A stretch of DNA of 52,106 nt, the filler included, from Bipalium vagum (taxonomy: Eukaryota), in assembly GCA_037834085.1 (NCBI GenBank). It is 3 parts of 3 records of this genome, joined end to end, with 100 filler letters (N's around TTAATTAATTAA, not from the genome) between each part and the next. Parts side by side here need not be neighbours in the genome. Positions count along the whole stretch, not along the records: positions 15,888 to 32,709 come from JBBMKC010092262.1; positions 32,810 to 52,106 come from JBBMKC010005149.1; 1 more part is not named here. One strand, 5' to 3'. Both the position numbers and the translations under genes were made by a program. Under the pieces are notes generated by a model, which did not search any database, was not told where the DNA came from, and worked only from the letters and a program-made list of their open reading frames with translations. Below are positions 24,061-38,816 of this stretch, one piece after another (position 1 is the first letter of the stretch; each line of letters begins with the position of its first letter).

Positions 24061-24700
24061 TAGGGTGAACCGACCAAAATTAGCCAGAAAATTAATATCC
24101 ATGCACAGAACAGCTTAGTTTGTCTGCTTTGTAAATCAATTCATATTTATTTGAAAAAACCAATAATCATTAATATGAGATCAATGGAATTAGAAAACAG
24201 AAATATAATCTTGCACAAATATATGGAAAATACAAATCACAGTTACCGAGCAATTTCAAAAGCCCTAAAAATACCTAAATCAACGACCAGCGATGTCATC
24301 AAAAGGTTCAAGGATATATTAACTATGAACAGGAAAAAAAGCAATCATGACTAAGAAAATAAAAATGAGGCTCAACAAGCTATTGCATATTTCGCAAAAA
24401 ATCTGAATATGTCTATAATAACTAACTATGAACTGTCTATAATAAAAAAAACTTTCAAAACATTGAGCAATTTCGGAAACAATAGTTTGGGGCATTTCAG
24501 AAAGTCGATCAATACGTTGTGCTTAACTTGATGGGACGTATTCGCGGGTTCATCAAGTTGTAAATAACATGTCATGATATTATTTTTATGTAATATACAT
24601 TATCCCTGTTTCTTTGGGTTCAAATATATTTTTTTATTAGTGATTAATTTTTTCATTGTTTTATAAACTAGTTTAAGTGTCCGAATTTTGGTTGATTCAA
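24061..24700 (+). mobile_element. Internally deleted Tc1-like element
   Basis: ORF 24151-24354 is a Tc1-type HTH (SYRAISKALKIPKSTTSDVIKRF); C-terminal LNLMGRIR piece; imperfect inverted ends TGAACCGACCAAAATT / AATTTTGGTTGATTCA. Confidence 0.7.
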
Positions 24701-24756
24701 TAACAAAAATTCTACATCTCATATCTAAATTCTGTTGTTCGATTTAATGTAAAATA

Positions 24757-24945
24757 TGAGGTCCTTCAAATTTTTTTCCTGTTTGCGGTCAAGAATAACT
24801 AGAATTATGATTTGATGAAAGCATCGTTATTTTTGTTTAAATATATTATTTTAAAAATTATGGTGAATGAGATAATCTTCAAGGTTAAACAACGGTGCAT
24901 GATACAGTTTTGTTTAAATCTGGTGAAAAAACGCTGTAAAAATTA
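24757..24945 (+). mobile_element. Mariner 5' fragment
   Basis: KQRCMIQFCLNL..KNA, cf. EQRxCIKFCxxLGKxA. Confidence 0.5.
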
Positions 24946-25589
24946 GTCAACAGCTAATCCGAGTACCAAAAAACATTGGGCAATTTTTTAATAAGGGAAA
25001 ATCATTTTGAATGTGTGCATCTGAAGGCGATAAGGATATATTGTTTTAATATGTTAAGAATATTTCTTAATTTTATTTTCATAATGTTACTTAATATTTC
25101 AAAACACTTTCTTAAAATAAATTATGAAAATTTTTTATTTTTGTCAATATTTTTAATAATAATCAGTTCTGAAACATCAGAAATTTCTCTAAGAAATAGA
25201 TTTTAATCAAATATACAATTTACAATAAAATGTTTTACCGAATAGAAAAATTTTATCTGATGCCTCAAAACGTTTTGATAAAATCTATACTTTTAAATTA
25301 TTTAAATAAAGTCTTAAGTTTGTTTGAATTCGTCTATAATAACCAATAATAAATTGAGAATAAATGGAAATAATCATTTGTTTAGCATACCATTATTGGA
25401 ATGTAAGTTTTTGTTTTTTAATCTATTTGAAAAATATTTTCCCCTTTTTATAATAATATTTTTCAAATTGGAAAATATTAATAATAATAGTTGATTTTAA
25501 TGAATTAATTTAATAATTTGCCAATCATTAATTGATATTCAAGAGAATTTTGATTGAATTAGAAAATTATTTGTTTCATTATGTATTTA

Positions 25590-26470
25590 ATATCTTATTA
25601 TGTCATTTAATAACGCTTTAATGAATCCATTCACAGTGAATGGAACACGAAACCATTTCCAGCAAGCAAAAACGGATTGCGCTTCGTCTCCCGCATTAAA
25701 ATTTATGAATTGAAATATTTTTAATATATTAAATGTATTTATGGAAATTGGGCAACCTTTGTGTAAACTTTTCATGGTAGTTTCTTTAACCTCAGAGCTC
25801 CGGTGTCGTCCAGAATGTTCCAGATCAACAGCCACTACATGTTTTATTTATTTTCAGAGTACAATTAAAAATTAAGAAGTCTGTGTTTTAGCCTGACAAA
25901 TGTAACGTTTTTTTAAAAATTATTTTCCAAAAACGTTTGCTTTAGATCTGTTTATGCAAGTTGGGAATCAAATTCTGTGCTTGAGATTGTGTGTAAATCT
26001 TCTTAACCTTTCCAATTTTTGTTCAAGTGTTGCAGAACTCTTGTTGATGTTTTTTGAAATGTCGCCATGATTTTCCTTGGATATGGTTCGATCATTGTTT
26101 TCAACTGAGCGTCAACTTTTGACAGACGTCTAATTACCTTGAGGCTATTGCAGGTCTTTAAATTGTCAAACTAAATTTTCAGAAACTGCTTGATCATGTC
26201 ATGTCTGGATAACGTTTCTTGTCGCTTCCGCAGCATTATAACCAAGTTTCAATTCGTGCAACAAAATTATCCGAATTTCTGATTTGAAAACATTTCTAAT
26301 ATAGCTAACAGATTTAAATAGATTGATGCATCTAAGCAGTTATGTGTAACCTCTTAATTATAAACAGAAAACGTGCTAAACATAACAATATAAAATGTAT
26401 TCTAAAATATTGATGAAAAATGTAAACTAATAAATTAAAAAACGGTCATTATTTTTGAGCCAACCAAATA
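25590..26470 (-). mobile_element. Rearranged mariner relic
   Basis: TIR-like TTTGGTTGGCTCAAAAATAATGACC at the right end; SEIRIILLHELKLGYNAAEATRNV; DLEHSGR. Confidence 0.7.
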
Positions 26471-28939
26471 TTTCTAATTTTTTTAAATAGTTAAGCACCA
26501 AAAATAATAAAATGATAAAATAGTTTCACTTTAGAGCTTATAATTGAATTGGAAAATATAACATATTTTCCTGATTTTTATCACAAATTAAAAAGCTTCT
26601 TATACAAATGTGGAATGGCAGAAAGATTTCAGAATTGTTTTAATGCTTCCTGTGATTTTGTCAGATGTGATCTGAGAACGTTCGCTAATGGAGACGCTCA
26701 ATCCTCTCGTACTCAAATTATTTTGTTCGTAAACATAATAGAAAATAGTAAACTTTATTGTATTTCATAATTTTTCGTATATCTTATAAAATATTTAAAT
26801 AAAAATTTATAAAATATTTTAAATTCTCTTATTTTAAATTTGCTTTTCAATTTTTTTAATTCATCTAAATTTTTTTAAGAATAAATTAAATTAGGAAAAT
26901 TAAAATATATTCAAAATATATATTTTAAAAATATATTAAATATATTAAAAATATATATAAAATATATATTATAATATATTAAAAATATATTTAAAATATT
27001 TTAAATATGCAAATACCATTTTAATTTGATACAAACAAAAAATCCCACTTATTTTTATATTAAAATTAAAAAAAATTGATAGTTAAAATTTTTATAATTT
27101 TTAAACAGTTTTTAAAAATGTAATTGAATAAATTTGTTAAAATCATTAAAATTTATTATAATTAAATTTTCTTCTTTGCTCAGAATATTCTGCTTTAAAA
27201 ATGATTTTTTTTAATTATATTGGATTACTTTATTAAGAGAAAAATATTTAAAATTTGCTTTTTTTACATTATTATTAATATATATATATTGTAATAAAAT
27301 AACTATGGAAATTTTTGAAATACAATTTATAATTTATATTTTTATTAATTAAAAAATGTATTGATAGCAAAAAGAATATAAATCTTTAAGTTTTTAAAAA
27401 GTTAATTAATAGTTAATGGAGAAGGTAAATAAATGTGTCATTATAGACTCAAATGGAACCATTACGCTATTCGATCTAAATTTTAAAATAATTCATTTAA
27501 TTAATTAACTTTTAATTAAAATTTAAATACTAATAATTTATTTTCACTATTAGAAAATATAAATAAATAATATTTCCAGGCATAAATATTTTGTTCCTAA
27601 TAATCTCAGAAAGTTTTTTGTTGACAAAGTTTTAACCAAATTGAAATGATTTGATTTTTCATTTAAAATTATAAAAATTGAACAAATTCTAAATAAACAA
27701 AAACAAATAGTTTATATTGATTTATTCATAAATCCAATCAATAAAATATGATTATTTATCAATTTATTTTATTAGCTTAATGTCATGAAAATGGGCGGAG
27801 AAGAGGCTGAAATACGTCAAATAAAAATCATAATAAAAATAGCTGTATTAAAACAATCATAAAATTTTGATGAATAATAAAAGAATTAATTTATTTATTG
27901 TTAACATTGCTCTTAATTGTTTTGAGTTTTATTATTTTCACAATTTTTAATGATATTTGATCATTGAAACAAACGGGAAATAGAAAATTAGATTATATTA
28001 CATAAACATTATAAAATTTTATTAAAATAAATAAAATTTATGATATTATTGTAAAACATTTGTACATGTTACCCACAAAGAATCCTTAAATTTTGAACAA
28101 TTTAACATTTCATATTCCCCTTAGACAATTGATTAAATATTGGTATTCAATTACGGAAAAAATTGAAGGTTTTATTTAAAACAAACAATAGTTTGTATTA
28201 CAGTACCAACGATAATATTGTTTTCATTTTTATATGAGAAATAGGTATACCTTATAATTGGTTTCATTAAAATATTTTGACAGAGATCATTAATGATTTA
28301 ACAAGACCTGGGTTTTATGGAGCTTGTGGTAAAATACTTACTCCATTACGGTAAGAAATAAAAGAAAACAATCGAAAAACGCCTAACTAAACTTTTCAGC
28401 TCAGTTAAACATAACCAAGATATTTTTGCCGTTAATCTTGAGAATAAACAATCTTAAAAGACGTCTGGGAGAATGGTACATTACACAGAGTTTTCTGACA
28501 TATAACTGAGAGAGGAGCACAGATAAAACCTCATTTATAATTTTTTAAGCAAACATTTCTCTGATGTCCTTGTAAGCAAGCAAATTTATCCAACAAGAGA
28601 ACTGACCAAAGAAAGCAGTATCAGAATGAAAATAAATAAATGAACTGTCACTTACAAAATTGAGGTCTATTTTTGTCAGTTGATAAAAATATTTTGAGGA
28701 TATAATATTATTAGAAATACCAACACATGTTTCATGATTTTCAATGAACTGTCTCCGAAAATGGAATCATTTCAACAAGATTACTTCACTGAGCAGCCTT
28801 CAGACTCCATATACAATTTTAAATTCGGAATACAACTACTATCATCATTTACCTCTCATCATTCACTAAAACTTATTTGAATAAGTCTTAATTAACAATT
28901 TTATTTCAATATGTAAATATTTGAAATAAGAGTTATAAA

Positions 28940-29200
28940 CACAATATGAAACTCTTATGGAAAATTGTCATTCTATGATTTACTATGATTTTAAATGCAA
29001 CCATACATAGAGGGAATGTCTAGATCGGATTTGTGTTACCTTTTTGAATGAATCACTTTCAAAGAGATGCCTTTACAAATGGGTAAGAGATTTCCAGAGT
29101 AGAAACACAAGTCTAGAGCATGACTGTTGTTGATCGACGTCCATTTCAGTCACTAATATTGCTGATATTCGAGAAATGATTGAAAGAGATCGACATATAT
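28940..29200 (+). mobile_element. Mariner N-terminal relic
   Basis: ENCHSMIYYDFK, YKWVRDFQSRNTSL, REMIERDRHI. Confidence 0.65.
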
Positions 29201-29339
29201 ATACGTATATATATACAACGGTCCATAAATATTAAAAGGCTATACAACAAACAAGATAATCAGAAACTTTGTTTTGCATGTTATAGAATGTTTAGTTACC
29301 AATACAATACATTAAAAATATGTTCAGTATTTTGTAGAA

Positions 29340-29760
29340 ACACCGTGCAATATGATTAAATCCTTCAAACGAATAGGTATACTCCAAATCAGGTTATTGA
29401 TGAATTCTCGTGGAATTGCTAACCTGCCCAGTTCTCATATATCTTTTTTGTTGATAATACATTTTCCATGAATTTTTCTATTAATATATTCCCATATATG
29501 TTCAACCGGATTTAAATCGGGAGATTGCGGTGGCCAATTCGGAATAACAGATATCGACTTTTGTTCCAGCCACATTTTCATCGATTTCGCGTTATGACAT
29601 GGAGCATTATCTTGTTAAATAGATAATCATCATTTGGATGCAGCCTGGAAATAAGTTAAAGCAAACCATTCTTCAAAATGTGTTTGTAACATGCAACATT
29701 TATCTTTTTGTCTGTGACATTTACCAGCATTCCCACACTGTTATGGCTGAAGTGGCACCA
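29340..29760 (-). mobile_element. Tc1-like 3' fragment with DD35E spacing
   Basis: QDNAPCHNAKSMKMWLEQKSISVIPNWPPQSPDLNPVEHIWE. Confidence 0.88.
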
Positions 29761-31359
29761 TATTTCCATTAAACAACATTATTAAACTTATTTCAATTAA
29801 ATTTCATCTAAAAACTTAAGTAACCTAAAGCAATATGAGTATTCCTGCGGCCAAATAAATAAAAACACCCATCTTTACTTATAAGTTGTATCCCAACACT
29901 ATTCTCCATAAAATTAAATTTTAAATTTGTGTACTGGCTTTAGTTACTAATGTTCTACAACATCTGATAATACAAAAGCTATGCAGTTATCGAATTCGAC
30001 ACAAATTTTATCATCTTCTTAAAAGGAATTCTATGTTAAATGATACAAACAAATAATCCAGAAATCTATAAGGTCTTTCAAATTTAATTTTACGACACTG
30101 AAAGTAATCAATAATCCAATGTTTGAATACATAAAGTTTAGTCCAAAAGATACAAAAATTGTCCGGTTAGCCAGTGCCATATAGAAAATCTTGCTTGTCT
30201 TTTCGTTTTAAAAGGACATATAGCAACAATAATTTTAGAGAATCAAAGAACCTACAATATTGAATGTAATTCAACAGTTTGAAAACCACAGATGATTTTC
30301 AGATGATTGGTGTCCTGAAGAAACTTTTGCAAAATATCATATATTATGAATATTTTGATGATTTAATGCAATTCTCCAGGAAAACCATAAATTTCATCGA
30401 CAAAAATGATAACCCTTTACAAAATTATAAACATTGTAATCATCAAAATATTGAAAAATCCTCAAAATTCATAAAGGAAAATTTAAAAAATTGTTTAAAA
30501 ACCGTCCGCTTCTTTGTGAAGATCCAACAACAAACAATCTTATTACAAATAATACCACGTCTAATTTTATATTTTTATTTTCATCTAATAATCGATTTCG
30601 AATTACAAAGGATAACTGGCAATACTTTAATGTTCAGGGAAAAAGCAGGTTTCGGATCAATAATTCAGCTTGCTACCTCTACCCAATACAGCTGCGCATT
30701 ATCGACAGCGGCTGAAATTTCTCAGAATGGTCACCTGCAAACAAGAAACAAGATCTTCATGATAACAGGTTGAAGAAGTAAAGTTTTTTTCCTTTTTTTA
30801 TACTCTCATCGTCTGTTGTATGAATCCCTTGGAAATATAGAACGGACAAAAATCATAAAAAAGATAAATCTTCATCTACCTGATTAATATCAGTTTATGG
30901 GAATATCTCACTATTCTCACTTTGATGGGAAATGATAGATCTTATCTATTGAGAAGAGAGCTTTTGTAACCAATGAAACTATTTTCGGAAATGTAAATTA
31001 TAATAAATTGATATTAAAATAATTTTAATTGGTTTAAATAGTTTTTGAATTTTTTCATCTTTATTATATAATTCCAGTTTGTTTAAATGCTTCAATTTCA
31101 AATGGTCCGAGGCGGTCAATTTAAAAAATTCATTCTATTCCATGAGCTCAAACTAACATGGTAACGTTTAAGAATTATAATCAAAGATAAAATTGATATG
31201 GTCACAAAAATATAAACTGAAACACGCTAAATCATTTTAGAAACCGCTATAAATATATAATAACACCACTGTAAATTAATTGTAAAACTGTTGCGACCAA
31301 GAGCTTTATCCAAAAATACATGAAATACACGGCAAACCGTAACAGGATCAACTGATGTT

Positions 31360-32200
31360 ATTTAATAGATGCTTTAGGTGCACAAAACATGGGAAAATAT
31401 ACGGGGGTCATCAAACGGATTGAAGATAAAAATTTTGAAATCGATCCAATTCATAAAATTTTACCCATACATTTCATAACATGAACTGTGCAAAAATATT
31501 TTTAAAAAACGATCATATTACAAATGTTGTGAAATTAGTCAATTTTTTACAATCAAGGGAATTAAATCACAGGAAATTTATCGATCTCTTTGAACAACTT
31601 AATACCAGTCATTTAGATGTTCTATATCACAACAAAATACGTTGGTTAAGTATGGGTAAAGTTTTAAGACATTGAGGAAGAAATAAAGAAAATGATGATT
31701 TTCTATAATTATTGGATCCATGATGGATATGTGATTAATCATTTTCTTTGGACATTCTTACATATCTGAACGAATTTAACTCATGTTTAGAAGGGAAAAA
31801 TTATTTGCTTATGACTTATTACAGAAATTTACAGCATTTATAATGAAGCTTAGACTTTTCTACAAATCTGTCAGAATTTAAAATTGGTCACTTTACAATA
31901 ATACAGACCATATCTACAAATATTTTAAAAGAAAAGGATTAAACATTTAATAAAAATATCCTTGCATTAATAACAGATTTAGACACGAGATTCCATTAGT
32001 TCAAGAAAATGATAAATCTTTATCCATTATTCGAAATCAATTTTCAGTCAAAGTTAATGACATTCCAGTTGATATACAACTAGAAATATGATGAATTATT
32101 ACATACAAATATCGAGAAGATCATGGAAATCTATATAATTTTTATAAATGTTTTTTTAGAATTCCTTAAAACCTGCGTTGGTCATCTTCAAAGAACTGAA
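31360..32200 (+). mobile_element. hAT transposase relic (SPIN/Buster/GTF2IRD2-like)
   Basis: VVKLVNFLQSRELNHRKF..DVLYHNKIRWLSMGKVLR, preceded by GAQNM and followed by LNEFN..LEGK, FIMKL. Confidence 0.85.
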
Positions 32201-32709
32201 AACCCGATTCTCTCTGTAATAATAGATTATGTTAAGTTTCACCACATTACGGATGCCAAACGTTTTACAAAGAGACAACATCATATTTACCTGTATATTC
32301 TCCTTAAGTCGCGTTACTATCATATTTTCCTGTTCTAAAAACTAATCCTGATGTTAAGAAAACAATCTTGAAAGTAATTACTAATATAAATTGAACAATT
32401 GGACTGTGGTAGCTTTTATGAGCATATGCAAAGAATTTTATATAAAGACTTTAATTGAGGTTTTTTCTAATATGTAATAGTAATTATTGTAATTTTTTTT
32501 GTCTTAATTTTATGTTTTGTAAAATGTAAATTTCATTTTATTATCTTTTTATATATTGGGTTGTTCAAAAAGTCAGTGCGTTTTTTTAGTAGTTTTGATA
32601 ATTTGGGATTTTTTACTTAATATACACCGCTTTATATCAATATTTACAATTGATTGTTTATTTACATTAAAAATTAAAATGTAAGTACAGTTTGACCTTC
32701 ATTTTTTAA

Positions 32710-32809
32710 NNNNNNNNNNNNNNNNNNNNNNNNNNNNNNNNNNNNNNNNNNNNTTAATTAATTAANNNNNNNNNNNNNNNNNNNNNNNNNNNNNNNNNNN
32801 NNNNNNNNN
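32710..32809. other. Artificial contig spacer 44N-TTAATTAATTAA-44N
   Basis: Identical to 15788-15887. Confidence 0.95.
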
Positions 32810-35800
32810 TTCATAATACAATCAAAATAAAGCAAAGTCGTAAAATATTCACTAATTAAATAAGATAAAGGTCATAACAATGTTCGGTGATACTGCAAGC
32901 CTTTCCAATAGCTCCTCATTCCTTCCTCTTCTTGGTTGATGATCCCCACATTATTATTTTTTTTTCTAGAAGACTTAACCAAACATAGAAAAATATCAAA
33001 TGAGAACAATAGCAAGAGAAAATTTGTAATTGTTTATTTAATAAATTGTTCAAATATATTTTTATTGTATTTAATTTATTTTATTTTGTTTAAAAATATT
33101 TAGGACAATCGTTAAATATTTTTAAAATACTTAAACAAAGAATCTCCAAATGTAATATTAAATTTATAAGATTTTAAAGTCAGAGGGTTTATTAATCTCG
33201 ATTTTTTATTATTATCATGAAAAAATATAAAATTTCGTTAATACTTTAACTTTTTCTTCCTTTACATTTTTATATTATTATACGTTCATAATAATAATAT
33301 TATTATTAGATTATTATTTCCTGATAAATTAAAATTTGAGCTTTCAAAGACTTCACTTTGTTTATATTAATTAGCAGATGAAAACGTTGGGATTCACGAA
33401 ATAATACTATTTTATAGAAAGAGAAATTAATTAATATTATAATAATTAAAAGAAACAAATGAAACAAAAGAGATTTGTTAATTTTATAGGGTTTTTACTT
33501 AATTTTTATCTTTTTAAAATTTCAAAGCCCGGTATTCATGGTTAGGCAAATGGGTTTTAAGAAACTTGGAAAAATAAAAAGTGCACTTTAACAATAAAAA
33601 TTGAAAAGAAAAGGAAAAAATGAATAAATAATAGATTAGTGAATAATAAAATTTGCCGACTTTTTAATCATTTCATTTTAAGAAAGGACAGAATCATCGA
33701 TAAAACAAAAGTCCCAGAAATAACCTCAAACTTATCATCCAACCTGTAAAATATTATTTATCAGGTGTTCTCAAATGAAATGTCTTACTTTTTAACCACT
33801 TGGCAATTAATATCATTGTTAAAAGTATTTGTTAGTTTGAAGTATTGGTAAGTATTTATTATTTTGCTGATAATTTAATAATGTAATAGTCCAAACTTTG
33901 TTTTCTATCTACAAAACATGATATCAGAATGAGATATTCGAGTTATCTATTTTTTCCATTCAAAAATACCTTAATGCTGATATAATAGTCAAAGAAGTCA
34001 ATTATGTATTTGGATCAAATATATAGAGAAAAATCATTAAGGCAATGGTTTTTTTAATCTTCCAAGGCAGTCTTTAGATGGAAGAATCGACTGGCTACAA
34101 TTAATGACGAAATTCTACAAGTGAAAGTGATACGTGATTCATCAATAACCTTGCATTGTATAAATATTTCAGGTATCGATAAAAAAAACAAAAACAGTAA
34201 TTTATTTCAAATCAAAGATATGGTTGTCATTTACACGGGGCAGTTTTTAAATGTTTTTCTCTGCTCTGGCTATGAATTTTTTCCAGATATTATGGGTATT
34301 AATGATCGTCCTCTCTGCACATTTTTCCATAATTGAGTTCCATCATTAAAAGGATTGAAAATGGAAAGAAGTTGAACACTTCGTTTATTTCATTTTCGTG
34401 TTTATTTGGTATTATTTAAACCATAATGTTTATTCTGAAAGCCCTTTATAGAAAATGGCTAATTCGTCACAATTGAATTTTTTATTGTACAAAGAATTAT
34501 TTACAAAGAACACTGTCTTAACACTTCGCTCGCAAAGTTTACTGACCTCTTCTACGCAAATGAATGAATCAAAACAACTATGAACAACACTTTATTACTA
34601 AATTAACAATAACAAACGCAATGTATCAAATAATCAATAAAATGTCTGCAATCAAATGTTCAATAATCAATCACACTAAAAATCAAATGGTAATAATCAA
34701 TTGAATAATAACATCAAATAATTAAATGTCAGAATTAAATGTTAATTAATTAAAAAAACAAAGATAAGAAAGTGAAGATACTCTCATCAGTTTTGACAAC
34801 TACAAGTCCAAGGGGTTTATTTTAATTCTGACCCTTTTGCGGTTTTAATGATTAATTTATAATAATGATAACAAATCTAGACCTTATTGCGGTCTCTAAC
34901 ATATGCTTTTACAAGGGCTTACAGGGATGTGTTCTTGGCTAACCAAACAAAATGATAAAAAATATTTAAATTTAAGATATTTTTTTTACTTTTAAAATGT
35001 TCATGTCAAACAAACAAATTTTAAAAGTTTTTATATAGTTAATGCAAATAATTTCTAAAATCTTAATGTTCATGTTCAAAGTCACACAATGTTCATATTT
35101 AAAGATAAAAAAATTATAGTAATTAAGATAATTATTTACAAAAAAAATTTGTTCAGTTAAAAAATGTTCATATTAAATAGTGTTCAACTGTAGCAACAAT
35201 TTAAAACGAATAATTCCATTAAATTGTCAACCTTGAAATTATAGTCGTATTTATGAGAATTCAACCGAAAACACGAAGAATTGAAAAATTCCATAATGGT
35301 TAAAATGTTGAAAATTATAAACATTTAGTGAAAAATAGTTATTTAAAAAAATTTTATTTTCAATCAAAATTTTAACAGAAATAAAATCAAAATTTTAGTA
35401 AAATAAAAGAATAAAATAAAGTTCTTATCAAATTAGGTTAAAGAACATTTTGTAAAAAGTAAATCTTCAAAATAAAATCAAAATCATTAAAAAAAGAAAT
35501 ATCCACGAATTGCTTCTTTTTCTTTCAATTGGGTATGTCGACTAAGCTGATTTATGTATATATTAAAAAATAACTCTTCATCTTACCTTTGTTCCATGAC
35601 CTCAAATTAATAAATCACTAAACCTTGTCCTCTTCTTTTAATGTCTATTATCATATTCAAAAACTGACTTAAACCTAAAAAATTATTTCTTATTAATTAG
35701 TACAAAACAAAAATATTAATCTTTAAGAAATTATGTGAGAAAAATTAATTAAATTGAACTTAGCAGAAAATTTGTACTCTTTCTTTTGATATATTTTTGA

Positions 35801-38800
35801 GAAATGAAGATAATTTCCTGCTTTCCTACCTTTCTGATTATATAAATCTTTGAAATTAAAATTATATTTATTTTTAAACCAAGAAATTAATGATAATTTT
35901 AATTAGTAACTTAAGTGATCAAATTAATTGGAAATTTAGCCTACAGTGAAATTTTTAATTTCACAATTACTTAAGAAAAATATACACTTTGATGATAATT
36001 AAACTAATTCTCTTGTCAAATTTCAATGTGATAAAATATTTTTTTTAATTGATGTTATGCATTTTTTTATTAAAAAATAGTTTTTATAATTATTCTAATA
36101 ATTCTGATCATATTTAATGTTTGCATTTGTTTAAATAAATCAATATACAAATAAGTCTTATCAAAATTAAAATTTGTAATTTAACTATGACTTATAATAT
36201 CTACACTACCCTGACTTTTAATTTAGGTAAGATTGTTCTTAGTTTAGTAATTTTAATTTTATAATATTAGTTATTTTGACTTTTCGAGTTTTGTCAAGTA
36301 AAGCGGAAAATAATCAGTCATATGCACGTGAGATTTAATTTTTTCTAAATACCTTGTAATCCTACACATTTGATTTAAACCTAACATATTTTAATGAGTT
36401 GATATTTAGAAGTAAATAACTTTGATATTAATAGTTTTTCATGATGTCACAAAAACGAAAACAAATTTGAGCTGATAATTTTATTATTGTCTTTCAACAA
36501 AATTATTTGCTTTCAGGAATCTTCATGATAAATTGGATGAATAGAGAATAATTTGGCTTGAGCGAGAAATAAAATAAATATACAGATAGATTGAAATAAA
36601 TGTTGCGAAATAGTTCAATAAGAAGCAAACAATAAACCTCTCCATCTGATTTTGCATGCTCCATTAACCAGTATAGGTACTTGTAATTGCTTTTGTTGAG
36701 TGCTGCAATTTTCAATGGACGCTTATTTAGAAACAGAGAAATAGTGTTAGTCTTTTTACTGAAATTAAATGTGGAGATTGAGCAAAAAATTTGGGTTGCA
36801 AAGAGTGTTTTAGAGAAAACCATGAAGAGGAGAGAAAGAGATAAATAGTAAATAAAAGAAAAAGCAGGCAATAATTAAGACTGAAAATAGATGGAGAACA
36901 TTTTTTAATTTTCGTTAGTAATTTTCTTTTAAATAATAATAATAAAATTATAATTGAAATTAGTAATAATAAATCAATATAATTTAAATAAAATAATAAT
37001 TATCATAAAATTATTTTAAAAATATAAAAATAATTAATTATAAATAATTATAATCAAATTATGAAAACTTAATTTACAAATATAAACGGAAATAAGTAAA
37101 ATATAATAATGAAATAATAAAAATTGAAAGTAAAATATAGATAATAACTATGTTTGAAAAGTATACAGAATATTAATTACTAAAAATAATTATTAAAAAT
37201 AAATAACTTTGAAAAAGAAATATCCAACACCCTGTAATATTATTCATTCGCAATAAAAACCTTATATATTCACTTTAAAAATTTGTTGACTTTAGGATTT
37301 CTTTATGATTATCTTATGATTCATTGTTCCTATAATTTCTACCTATTTTAATATAAAGAGAGAAGTAATTATTAATTAATTAGAAGAAATTATTATACAT
37401 GCAAATACGACTTTAGGTGTAAATTTTCCCATTTTTCAGTAGATAGATTAATTTGTTGAACCGGAAGTTAAAAAATTATGATGTGAAAAAATACAAATTG
37501 ATTACAGTACGAATCGTAATTAAATCAATTTTTCTATGATACAATTCATAAATTGTCCGAAATGTAGGAAATGTTATTTTTAATGATGGAAATTATTTGT
37601 ATTAAGATTGTACTTATTGACCAAAAATATGATAAGACCCGGAAAATCACCAGGATGATATTGTAATTTCTATTTGGTTAACATCTTTTCAGTAATTTAT
37701 CACCAATAGACGATAGCACAGATTAAAATTTTCATCTCTTTTAGTTGCACAGTGATATTCTATTTAAATATTGATTTTGAAATAATATTTATCGGTTTTT
37801 AATTTTTAATAATATAAAATATTTTTAAGTGAAAATAATAATTAGCTCTACACATAAATTTTTCACTTAATCATTGATTTTGAACCGATTGTCTTAATTG
37901 TGTCACTTTTAAAATATATTCTCTAAAATATATTTTCTTTAGAAAGATCAACACAAGCCAACTTGAATCTGGTTTCATGTAATCTTAACTTATAAAGTTT
38001 TTAAAAAATATTTATCTACATCGTTTTCAACGTGCACATCTTAAAAGTTGATTTGAAACCATATTTATTTCATATAATATGGAAACAGCCTATAATCTTT
38101 GTGATAGTTGAAAAATATATTTACGGCAGAGAAATTCGATATTCGATGTACCAAAGTAAAATTTCGATACGTCGAACCGATATTTTCGCTTTAATGATTA
38201 ATTCAAATTTGACAAACCAAACATCAACAATGACCCTCGAAGTAGTTTTCAATGTTCAGATATATGGACAAGTATGTCACTTATCTGCTTACAAATGGAG
38301 AGAATATATCTGTGAAATAACTACTAGCAGCCAATTTTCGAACTTGAGCCTATATTTTAATTATCAGCCTCCGCCACCCCCTCAGAAAAGTGATTAATTT
38401 AATTAAATAATTAACTTTATTATGAAACTCTAGAAATTCAAGTTTTTTGACAATATTAATAATTTTGAAAAATCTAAATTGATTCAATTAATAAAATTAA
38501 ATAAAAATTTTATTAATGAAAACAATTTTTATGCATCACGAAAAATTGTCCAAATTATATTACATATCATGGTTGATTTCAATATTTTAAGTTTTAGTAA
38601 AAATTACGTTATTACGTTATTAAAATTATTATTATTATTTTATACTTTAGTTTTTATTATTCATCTTTTAAAATTATTAATTATATTATAATTATATATT
38701 TATTATGATTCTAAAATTAAAAATTCACAGTTTAACAAAAATTAATCCATGTTAAAATAATATTTCAAAATTATATAATTTAATATTTTTGCTTTCTTTC

Positions 38801-38816
38801 GCTTAAGCTAAATATA

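Noticed and set aside
36503-36871. 122-aa hydrophobic minus-strand ORF
   Set aside because: Non-ATG start, composition explained by a purine-rich opposite strand, no motif
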